Virus record (IMG/VR): IMGVR_UViG_3300017991_000004
Location: 32,001 to 96,000 of that record
DNA: 64,000 nucleotides
From: a virus
Direction: 5' to 3' (one strand)
Shown: positions 56,770 to 64,000 of the stretch, in pieces
Position numbering within the stretch: the first letter of the stretch is position 1
Layout of the letters: every line of letters begins with the position of its first letter
Notes under the pieces: model-generated
Told to the model about the DNA's origin: nothing
Database searches by the model: none
The model's input: only the letters and a program-made list of their open reading frames with translations
Position numbers and translations under genes: made by a program

Positions 56770-57138
56770 CTATCGAGAGTCGTGTCGCACGATAACCATG
56801 CTCCCCGGCGACTCGTTCAGATGCACCTCGACCGCATAGGGCACCTTGTCGAGCAACCACGCGCCGAGCAGTTCGGCAGTGGGGCGGTCAGTCTGAAGCA
56901 CCTCGTTCAGGTAGCAGTGGTCGAGGGCGTTGATGATTTTCTTGATGTCGCCGAAGTCGACCAGCATCCCATCCTTGAGCAGGTTGGCAGGTCCCCGGCA
57001 GACCACCTTACCGAACCAGGTATGGCCGTGCAGATTCGCGCACTTGCCAGGATGACCTTCGAGGCAGTGGGCAGAGTCGAACTTGAACTCCTTTACCAGG
57101 GTGAACACCTTGCCGGCGATGACTTCGTCAGGCTTCAT
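56770..57138 (-). CDS. queD: 6-carboxytetrahydropterin synthase
   Basis: FDSAHCL..HPGKCANLHGHT, GMLVDF, LDHCYLN, PTAE, NES. Confidence 0.92.
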   Translation of the reverse strand: MKPDEVIAGKVFTLVKEFKFDSAHCLEGHPGKCANLHGHTWFGKVVCRGPANLLKDGMLVDFGDIKKIINALDHCYLNEVLQTDRPTAELLGAWLLDKVPYAVEVHLNESPGSMVIVRHDSR

Positions 57139-57146
57139 GGTACCTC

Positions 57147-57728
57147 CTATAGCCCTCGCGGGATAAGTTTGCCGAAAGCGAATGAATCCATGACGCTCTC
57201 GATGTAGACCTCGTACCCTTCATCCAGGAAGAAGACACCTTCCTGGGTATGCTGGTCGTTGATTTTGATAAGAGCGTCATCCAGCATATTACGGATGAAC
57301 ACGATAAGGCCCGAGACCTTGTGCCCTAGGCGCGTCACAGGAATCCAGCCCGAGCCGTTATGCTCCCACTCGCTATCTTTGCGAGTGTACGGTTCCACTT
57401 TGATGAAGTGGGAGGCGTCGGACTTCCGCTTGTTCTTCAGAACAACGATTCGCCGCAGATGGTCACCCTTGTGCAGCGGGCCGATACGGATACCCGTCAC
57501 AATGGTCTTGCCTTTGTCCGTGCTGCACAGGAAGTCCAGCACAGCGTGTTGTTTCAAGTCATTGTACGCGACGTAAGACGTAACCAGGTTGGAGTCGTCC
57601 AGTACGCACACATAGACATTGAGAACGTTCTTGAACTTCTCCAGAACAATAGCCTCATTTCCCTGCACGGAAATAAGGCGAGAACTGCCCTGGAGCACCT
57701 TGATGTTTTTGCCAATTAAGTCTTTCAT
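57147..57728 (-). CDS. Hypothetical protein
   Basis: 193 aa, SD AGGAGG. Confidence 0.65.
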   Translation of the reverse strand: MKDLIGKNIKVLQGSSRLISVQGNEAIVLEKFKNVLNVYVCVLDDSNLVTSYVAYNDLKQHAVLDFLCSTDKGKTIVTGIRIGPLHKGDHLRRIVVLKNKRKSDASHFIKVEPYTRKDSEWEHNGSGWIPVTRLGHKVSGLIVFIRNMLDDALIKINDQHTQEGVFFLDEGYEVYIESVMDSFAFGKLIPRGL

Positions 57729-59221
57729 GCACCGACCTCCTTCGGCGGAGTGATGCCCAGGTGGGCTTCCACAACACCCTTTAGGAGTGGCAGTATCTTG
57801 TCGGTTTCCTTTTTCGTTACCTTCAGTAACAACTTCGAGGCTGTAACGTCTTCTTCCGCGGTAAGGCCCTTCCGAACCTCGAGATTCCCTTCGAAGTCTA
57901 CCACGAAGTAGAATCGTAAAGGTTGAGAGTGGCCCTTGAGGCGGAACCGAAACGCTTGCCCATCCTCCAGAAAAGAACCGAGCGTGTACCCTTTGCCGAT
58001 TACATACTCGGACATCTTCTCGTAGACAGAATGCAGAATACTTTTGTAGTGCAGGAAGGCTTGGTAGGTGGGGGACTCAACCAGACTCTTTTTGAACTTC
58101 TTGAACGTCTTTCCCACCTTGCCTGTACTCTTCTTTATACCTTGCATCGCCTTAGACAGGTTAAAGCCTTGAGTCGCTTTGAGTCTAACTAGGAACTCTT
58201 CATGTGAGTAAATCTTCATGTTAAGCTCCTTGGCATACTTGCCAAAGACCTTCTGTACTTTCCACTGGGGTGACTTCAAGACAACGGACTTGAAGTAACG
58301 GCCGGGCGCCTCAACTATGACAGCCGTAACCTGCTTACCGTCTTCCTCCAACACGACTGCTTGCCCCGGAGGCAGCGGTGTATCCTTCTGTACCAACGTC
58401 TTGGGTGAAAAGTCTGTACCCATTTGAAAGCCGACGTACTGTACCATTCCTTGTAACTGCGGCGAAGCCAAGCCTAGCAAAGACACTGGGCTGTGGGCAG
58501 CCCATTTGTAGTCAAGCCACTGCTGTATCCATGAATAGGCAGACCCTCCCGCCCATATCTTGTTCTTGTTGAACACGATGTTCGTGTTGTGATGCAAAGC
58601 AAAAGCGGTGTCGATAAGGTGAACAATTTCAGTAAGGTCTATGGCATGCCACAGCGCCAAGAGCGTCTGAGCAATTCGCTGCCAAGCCTTGCCGCCGAAT
58701 GCCCCTCCCCACTTGACTTTGCCTGGGTCAAAGGCTTTGCAACAGACCTCGATAAGACTGAGCCCGTGCTGTAGCTCGGCGCTTTTGCCTGCCAGGTAGG
58801 ACCCCTTCCTCTTTTTCGAGTTACTCGCGTTAATGTGCATGACGTACGCGAGGTCATCGTTGAACTCAGGGTCTTTTGACTGAGGAAGAGTTGGGCTGGA
58901 CTTTAACGACTTCCACTTCGAGTACCACAGGGAACCTATGTCCCCGAAGTGCGACTGAAACCAATGGGGCCAAGGGCCGCCATAAGGCTTGGCAGTGTTG
59001 TCGTCGATGTGGCGCAGTTCACAGGCTATGCAGAACTCAATGTCACGGATAAGAGTCCGCTTCCATGAGTTGATAGTCGCCAGCCGATGCTGCTGGAGGA
59101 TGGGTGAGGAATTGAACTGAGAAGGGATGCCCTGACTGAGGATGTAGAAGTCTATCAGGGCAGGCTTGAGGTCTGCGGCTGCGAAAGTTCCATTAGGCAT
59201 TGAAAACTCTCCATCGGGCAA
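57725..59221 (-). CDS. Hypothetical protein (498 aa)
   Basis: Conserved-looking segment CELRH...WGGAFGGKAWQRIA...IDTAFALHHNTNIVFNK. Confidence 0.7.
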   Translation of the reverse strand: MPDGEFSMPNGTFAAADLKPALIDFYILSQGIPSQFNSSPILQQHRLATINSWKRTLIRDIEFCIACELRHIDDNTAKPYGGPWPHWFQSHFGDIGSLWYSKWKSLKSSPTLPQSKDPEFNDDLAYVMHINASNSKKRKGSYLAGKSAELQHGLSLIEVCCKAFDPGKVKWGGAFGGKAWQRIAQTLLALWHAIDLTEIVHLIDTAFALHHNTNIVFNKNKIWAGGSAYSWIQQWLDYKWAAHSPVSLLGLASPQLQGMVQYVGFQMGTDFSPKTLVQKDTPLPPGQAVVLEEDGKQVTAVIVEAPGRYFKSVVLKSPQWKVQKVFGKYAKELNMKIYSHEEFLVRLKATQGFNLSKAMQGIKKSTGKVGKTFKKFKKSLVESPTYQAFLHYKSILHSVYEKMSEYVIGKGYTLGSFLEDGQAFRFRLKGHSQPLRFYFVVDFEGNLEVRKGLTAEEDVTASKLLLKVTKKETDKILPLLKGVVEAHLGITPPKEVGA

Positions 59222-59242
59222 TAGGCATCAGGGACTAGGTAA

Positions 59243-60277
59243 CTAGCCTTTAATCATCTCCATCATTTTATCAGAAACTCTGGCAAAGGGAAGGGTTCCC
59301 GGAGCCAAGAAAACTGAGGTAACTTCGTCGTCTATCCCCTCAAAGACAAGCAAAGAGTCGCGCACCCTTACAGGCAGATTCCACGCTTGTTGCGAAAGCG
59401 TCACAAGGTTGGACTCGCCGAACAAGGCGACCAACCTACGTCTCCGAATACCCGTAGGTGTCAGCCGGAGCAGACGCCCGGCGTGGACCTCGCTGATTTT
59501 CTTGGATAGAAAATAACTGTCCGCCTTTGCTGCCAGGTAATCAGGCTCGACGCTTTCATGGACGCGCTGTTGTAGCAAGTCATCCCCAGACCAGACCGCA
59601 GCGGCAATTACACGCTCCACGCCCCATTCTTCCAATACGTTCTGCAAGTAAAATAGCCGGTCATCGTCGGCGTAGCAGGACTCCAGCAGCACTGTACCAG
59701 GCATTACTGCGCGGAGACGATAATCGTTGAAGGCTTCGAGAAGGTACACAGCTCCGCAGGCTTCGAGTTTCTCGCGCACCGTGTAAAGGGCAAGACCTTT
59801 CAAAGGTTGACGCAGAGTGACATGCACTTCAACCATTTGGTTCGGACTGGTTTCAAAGGTAGGAAGCACCTGGGACTCAAAAGCCTCAATCACCTCCTTG
59901 TCCAAATGGATACGCCAGGAGAACGTGCATAGCCAACCATCAGCGGCCTCGTTGCAGGTAGGCGGGTCAACTACTGCCCGCGCTCCAAAGCGGCTCAGGA
60001 TGGCTGACATTGTTCGGTCGGCTTCTTCCTTCGTCATTTCCTTCTGAGTTCGAATCGCCGTATCGACAATAAACGAATAAGTAGGCAACCCGCCGTCTGT
60101 CTTCTCGGGGTGCCGGTAGTAGGCGACCGAGTTGCTGTAGTGTTCGGGTGTCTTGGTTGCGAAGACGTAGTTGAACACATTCCGAAGGACTGTGATTTGT
60201 CCGTTGGCAATCTGTTCGATAATGGTAGGAATCGTCCGCGCCTGCGGAGGGCTGCCTAGGTCTTTGTGAAGGTCCAT
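59243..60277 (-). CDS. Hypothetical protein (about 344 aa)
   Basis: Probable start MDLHK, SD GAGG. Confidence 0.65.
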   Translation of the reverse strand: MDLHKDLGSPPQARTIPTIIEQIANGQITVLRNVFNYVFATKTPEHYSNSVAYYRHPEKTDGGLPTYSFIVDTAIRTQKEMTKEEADRTMSAILSRFGARAVVDPPTCNEAADGWLCTFSWRIHLDKEVIEAFESQVLPTFETSPNQMVEVHVTLRQPLKGLALYTVREKLEACGAVYLLEAFNDYRLRAVMPGTVLLESCYADDDRLFYLQNVLEEWGVERVIAAAVWSGDDLLQQRVHESVEPDYLAAKADSYFLSKKISEVHAGRLLRLTPTGIRRRRLVALFGESNLVTLSQQAWNLPVRVRDSLLVFEGIDDEVTSVFLAPGTLPFARVSDKMMEMIKG

Positions 60278-60279
60278 TG

Positions 60280-60954
60280 TTAACCTCTCTTTGTCCAGTC
60301 GATGCAGCACAGGTGCCACTGCTGGTTGAAGTCCCATGTCATAGAAACAAAATGGGTGCCAGGGTCTAGCACAATAATCACCCTACCTTGGCTATCCTCA
60401 ATTCGCACCTGTTCGGTTCCCACAACCACAAAGTGCCGAGTAGCGTGCTGGCGGATTACCTTGTCCGCCAGCATTCGATGGATGGGCGCTAGGAAAGCGT
60501 TTGCCCGGTCAGGTGTTCTTTCAAACCCTCCCGGCACCGAAACAGAATCAGGGACGTTGTGCTTCTCGGTCATTCGTCGTTCTCCTTGTCTGCTGGTACC
60601 AGCAGATGTTTAGTCATGCCCAAGGCGTCAACTACCTTGTGGCTGAAGAACTGGAAGTGTGCTTCATCCGCTTTCCGTTTTGAAGCGGTAAGCGGCAGGC
60701 GCTTACACTTCTTTACCGGGCGCAAAGGTACTTTCTTAAGTACCCTGAGTTTCTTCGACTTCATCTACTCTAATCCCTTCGACCATGGCGATAAACTGAC
60801 GACCGTAGATACGCAGGTCGCCTACCTGCTCCTGCGTCCGGGTATGGTAAGTAATCCAGCGGTCGTCACCCAAGTGACATCGCCGCTGACATTTTATCAC
60901 GCCCTGTGTCTCGTTCACAATGGCCCGTAACTTCTTGCCTGACAAAATGGTCAT
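60280..60954 (-). other. Three small genes (60280-60573, 60570-60764, 60736-60954)
   Basis: Coupled short ORFs. Confidence 0.55.
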
Positions 60955-62780
60955 GACGACCTCACCAGTGACAGCACCGCCTTGGCGATATTCGCCTGGG
61001 TGCATGACACATAATGGAACCCTATAGAGTTGACCAGCGCAATCGACTCCGGGTCACCAGCATGGTTTCCGCAGATACCAAACTGCACTTCTGGATTTGT
61101 TTCCAACGCCGTCATTACGCTTAATGTAATCAACCGACCGACCCCTCTGGCGTCTAGCGACTCAAACGGGTTGTATTCTAGCACACCCAATTGCGCGTAA
61201 TTGGGCAGGTAAGTCGCGTCGTCTCGGGAGAAGGCAAAGGTGAACTGGGTTAAGTCGTTCGTGCCGTAAGACAGAAACTCGCAGTATGGCGCGACTTCGC
61301 CTGCTATCAGGCAGGCGCGAGGAGTTTCTATCATCACACCGAACTTCAGCTCCGCAGGGTCCTCACCGCAAGTCGCCCACACCCGCTCGACCAAATCGCG
61401 CAGAACGATAACCTCTCCGACCTCAGAAACAAGGGGCACCATGATGCCAACCTGGCACTCCTTTCCTGCGGCGATGTAGGCTTCCGCAATCGCTTGCACC
61501 TGCATGGCGTAGAAGTCAGAGAACAGAATCCCAAAGCGGCAACCCCTCAGCCCCATCATGGGATTCTCCTCCTCGAAGCCGGCACCAAATTCATTCAGGG
61601 GAGCGTCGAGTAATCGAATGCAGATGTAGCTGGAACCCACCGCCTCAAAGGCAGCCTTGAACAATCCCTTCGACACCTTGAGGAGTTTCGCAAGAACCTC
61701 CCTCCGGGTATGGTGCTCGTTCTTTAGAGCAGCCTTCATGTACGCAGACAGCAGAACTGTTTGGTCCTGAAACATATGCTCCGTTCGGAACAACCCGATG
61801 CCCATAGCACCAGCATCCAGCGCGGCTGTAATGGCTGACGCCGATTCTGCATTAGCGTAGACTTCCAATTCTACAAAGTCATGGGCATAGTTGAGGATTG
61901 TCCCTACCTGCTCTGACCAGGCACCTTCATCAGATTTAATCTTCAGTCCAGCCAGGTACACCTTGCCGCTGTAAGCGTCTACTGAGACGGCATCCGTATG
62001 ACTGTTGATGGCGAAAATATCCTTCTCCGACAGGCCAACTACACAGGGGATTCCTTCGCTGGCTGCAAGGAGCGCGGCGTGGCTCAACAGACCTCCGCCT
62101 GTAAGGATAACCTTTGCCTTCTTCATGTCGCCTACGTCTGCGGGCGTAGTCAACATAGCCGCGAACCGGTCATGGGCTTCGGCGACCACCAATCCTGGGT
62201 GCGCGGGTGACCCCGTACACAGGGGCTTGTACTTTTTCGGAATAATGAAGTGCTCCTGTTGCAGATTGCCAAGCTCCAGTGGAAGGCTTTTGAGTATCTT
62301 CAGGCGGTGAATCCGATTGGCGAAGTTGAGCAGTTCGCCATAGGCTTTGACCTTCGCCTTCAATGGAAGCTCCAGCGGTTCTTTGTGACAGAGGAATATG
62401 CTCCCCTTCTCCCGCTTTGCGAACACAACCTTCAACGGATAACCGGAATGATGCTCCATGCTCGACACCAGTTCTTGCATTTTGTTCGACATGGGCACCA
62501 CTACTGGCGTACCGTCTCCTAACCGCGACTTGAGGATGTCCGTCTCAACGTCCCCTTCTGCCGTGCGAGAGTTTGTCTGCAAGATGCTAGTAGTGTCAGA
62601 GGGCATCTTGTAGATAGCCTCGCCCGCCGCGACAATGCCTGCGACAACGGGGAGGTCTTTTGCTCTGGAGAGGCGAAAGGTTTTGATGGAAGAGAAGTCT
62701 TCGTAGAGGATGATGTCTTCTGACTTCTCCTCGAACTTTTTCTCCAGAGTTGTGCGCGTCAATTTCAACGGCTTAGTCAT
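60951..62780 (-). CDS. PEP-utilising enzyme, PPDK-like, lacking the ATP-grasp domain
   Basis: GGLLSHAALLA..GIPCVVG (phospho-His domain), GIGLFRTEHMF, IRLLD, EENPMMGLRGCR, MIETPRA, SYGTNDLTQ..SRDD, GICGNH.GDP. Confidence 0.9.
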   Translation of the reverse strand: MTKPLKLTRTTLEKKFEEKSEDIILYEDFSSIKTFRLSRAKDLPVVAGIVAAGEAIYKMPSDTTSILQTNSRTAEGDVETDILKSRLGDGTPVVVPMSNKMQELVSSMEHHSGYPLKVVFAKREKGSIFLCHKEPLELPLKAKVKAYGELLNFANRIHRLKILKSLPLELGNLQQEHFIIPKKYKPLCTGSPAHPGLVVAEAHDRFAAMLTTPADVGDMKKAKVILTGGGLLSHAALLAASEGIPCVVGLSEKDIFAINSHTDAVSVDAYSGKVYLAGLKIKSDEGAWSEQVGTILNYAHDFVELEVYANAESASAITAALDAGAMGIGLFRTEHMFQDQTVLLSAYMKAALKNEHHTRREVLAKLLKVSKGLFKAAFEAVGSSYICIRLLDAPLNEFGAGFEEENPMMGLRGCRFGILFSDFYAMQVQAIAEAYIAAGKECQVGIMVPLVSEVGEVIVLRDLVERVWATCGEDPAELKFGVMIETPRACLIAGEVAPYCEFLSYGTNDLTQFTFAFSRDDATYLPNYAQLGVLEYNPFESLDARGVGRLITLSVMTALETNPEVQFGICGNHAGDPESIALVNSIGFHYVSCTQANIAKAVLSLVRSS

Positions 62781-62813
62781 GACAGCACCTCCACTACTGC
62801 TGGTACCAGCAGA

Positions 62814-63302
62814 CTAGATAAAGGAAGCCATTCCGTTGACCTCGACGACCTGGGTGAGCTTGAACGACTTGTTAGCCGTCGCTTTGGCGCACGGGTAGAG
62901 ATGGATGACGCCGTTGCGAACGGTCAGCGCCCAGCGGTGGTTCGGATTGCACACCAGGTACTTGAGCGAGTGGCCCGGCGACACCGTCATGAACTCTCCC
63001 TCTTCGATAGAGGCGAAAGCCGCACCCGGTGCGTCAGTGTTGGGCGAAGCGGGAGACCCTTGCGTAATGTCCGCAGGCAGGTAGTCCCCTGTCTCCTTGT
63101 TGAGGTCCGCTTCCTTCTGAAGGTCCTTGAGAAACTGGACATTCGAGGTAACGGTTCGGATTCCTCTGAATCCATTGTCGCCCAGTGTTGTCCGGATAAG
63201 CCGGAGCTTGTTGGGCACTAGGTAAATGAGCCCGCCCTCCGCGACAGTTGCGAGAACCTTGGCAGATGTAACGACGACGATACCTCCGATGGATGCGTTC
63301 AT
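62814..63302 (-). CDS. Hypothetical protein
   Basis: Start GGAGGAAAGGTCATG; ATAATGATAAT box upstream. Confidence 0.65.
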   Translation of the reverse strand: MNASIGGIVVVTSAKVLATVAEGGLIYLVPNKLRLIRTTLGDNGFRGIRTVTSNVQFLKDLQKEADLNKETGDYLPADITQGSPASPNTDAPGAAFASIEEGEFMTVSPGHSLKYLVCNPNHRWALTVRNGVIHLYPCAKATANKSFKLTQVVEVNGMASFI

Positions 63303-63443
63303 GACCTTTCCTCCAACTGGCATTTGAAAATAAACGCCGCCAATGAACCGACGGCGCAAACCTAAAACCGATTACTAATTATCATTATTATATATGGCTT
63401 GCCTCGAATATCTAGCCTAGCCGCGCAGGAATCTGAAACCAAT

Positions 63444-63478
63444 AAAAAAGCCCCGACGACTGCTCGCCGGGGCCTTTT
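63444..63478 (-). terminator. Rho-independent terminator, probably bidirectional
   Basis: AAAAAAGCCCCGACGA-ctgc-TCGCCGGGGCCTTTT. Confidence 0.75.
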
Positions 63479-63489
63479 GCAGGCAGCGC

Positions 63490-64000
63490 CTACTTCTTGG
63501 TCTTGGGCTTCGACTTCTTCTTGGAAGCCTTCTTGGCGGCCTTCTTGCCGTTCTTCTTGTCGTGCGCGTTGAGCGAACCCTTCAGGGAGTCCGCGACAGG
63601 CAGGTTGAGCACGGTCAGGTAAGCGGTCATCTGTCCCCTCGCGTGCGCGAGTTCGACCTTGTCGGGTGACTTCTTCTTGGTCTCGGAGAGGATTGCCTTC
63701 TCCTGGACCTTAATGAGCTTGATGACCTGGTTGGGCGTCTTCATGTCGACCTCGGCCTCCTGGGCGCCCTTCTCCTTGACCTTCTTGCCGGTGTAGATGG
63801 CCTTCTCCGCCTTGCCCACGCCCTTCGACTTCGCCTTCTTGCCCGCTTCCGTGCGCGGCTTCGACTTGCCCTTGGCCCAGCGGATGTCGCCGTCCTTGGC
63901 CTTCTTTTCGAGCAGGTGCCGGAAGGGGTTGAGGCTCAACTTCTTCATGGCGGGCACCAACTGCTCTCGGTCCTTCGGGTGAACCCGCATGAGTTCGTGG
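63490..64000 (-). CDS. Lys-rich basic protein; the true start may lie beyond the window
   Basis: KKAAKKASKKKSKPKTKK tail; the frame is open to the right edge. Confidence 0.65.
   Translation of the reverse strand, partial: HELMRVHPKDREQLVPAMKKLSLNPFRHLLEKKAKDGDIRWAKGKSKPRTEAGKKAKSKGVGKAEKAIYTGKKVKEKGAQEAEVDMKTPNQVIKLIKVQEKAILSETKKKSPDKVELAHARGQMTAYLTVLNLPVADSLKGSLNAHDKKNGKKAAKKASKKKSKPKTKK

Larger units (their letters stand above)
5183..61497. repeat. Dispersed 12-bp quasi-palindrome GCAAGCGATTGC/GCAATCGCTTGC, 11 exact copies
   Basis: Starts at 5183, 16983, 25368, 27003, 32541, 36652, 37550, 46101, 47002, 49255, 61486. Confidence 0.9.
281..62813. repeat. Dispersed 18-bp palindrome TCTGCTGGTACCAGCAGA, 21 copies
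   Basis: Starts at 281, 5380*, 8040, 10915, 17315*, 18667*, 23294, 24926, 25897, 27023, 28717, 31538, 33987, 36629*, 39221, 46434, 49277, 49756, 56752, 60589, 62796* (* = 1-2 mismatches). Confidence 0.97.

Noticed and set aside
281-62813. The 18-bp palindrome read as a CRISPR repeat, REP/MITE, terminator or cloning linker (it contains a KpnI site)
   Set aside because: Copies are kilobases apart with genes in between and no cas genes. There is no loop or U-tract, no conserved flanks, target duplication or transposase. In-frame placement and synonymous variants argue against an artefact, although reads were not checked.
1-64000. Stop-codon reassignment, introns or inteins
   Set aside because: Recognisable genes (ligA, folE, queE, queD, PPDK-like) are uninterrupted in code 11; TAG, TGA and TAA all end genes; no intein-like insertions were noticed.

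Overview
64 kb internal segment of a large, probably T4-like or jumbo-type bacteriophage genome. It uses standard code 11, AGGAGG Shine-Dalgarno (SD) sites and sigma70-like promoters. Organisation: (1) 1-17.3 kb, minus strand, head/virion block: a T4 gp21-type prohead protease (runs off the left edge and is absent from the ORF track), small structural proteins, a ParB-N protein, and two giant acidic modular proteins (1929 aa and 2118 aa, the latter with an embedded AAA+ ATPase). The giants look like protease-processed polyproteins. (2) 17.5-26.9 kb, minus strand: a divergent beta-clamp-like protein, NAD+-dependent DNA ligase, an HNH protein and small basic proteins. (3) 27.1-46.0 kb, plus strand: about 45 small hypothetical genes, a radical SAM enzyme, HTH/RHH regulators and one tRNA-Gln. 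(4) A repeat-rich non-coding region of about 1 kb at the convergence point, 46.0-47.1 kb. (5) 47.1-64 kb, minus strand: a 7-deazaguanine DNA-modification cluster (queD, queE, folE, DpdL-like, DpdA/TGT-like, ParB-N) with extra glycosyltransferase, PIG-L deacetylase, nucleotidyltransferase, P-loop kinase and second radical SAM genes, followed by a PPDK-like enzyme lacking the ATP-grasp domain. The most striking unexplained structure is a set of dispersed DNA motifs. An 18-bp palindrome TCTGCTGGTACCAGCAGA occurs 21 times (about one per 3 kb, inside and between genes). A 12-bp quasi-palindrome GCAAGCGATTGC has 11 exact copies, three of them paired with the 18-mer. An identical 14-nt start cassette AGGAGGAAGTCATG and an ATAATGATAAT promoter box also recur. 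All protein assignments come from motif recognition by eye; no database search was run.
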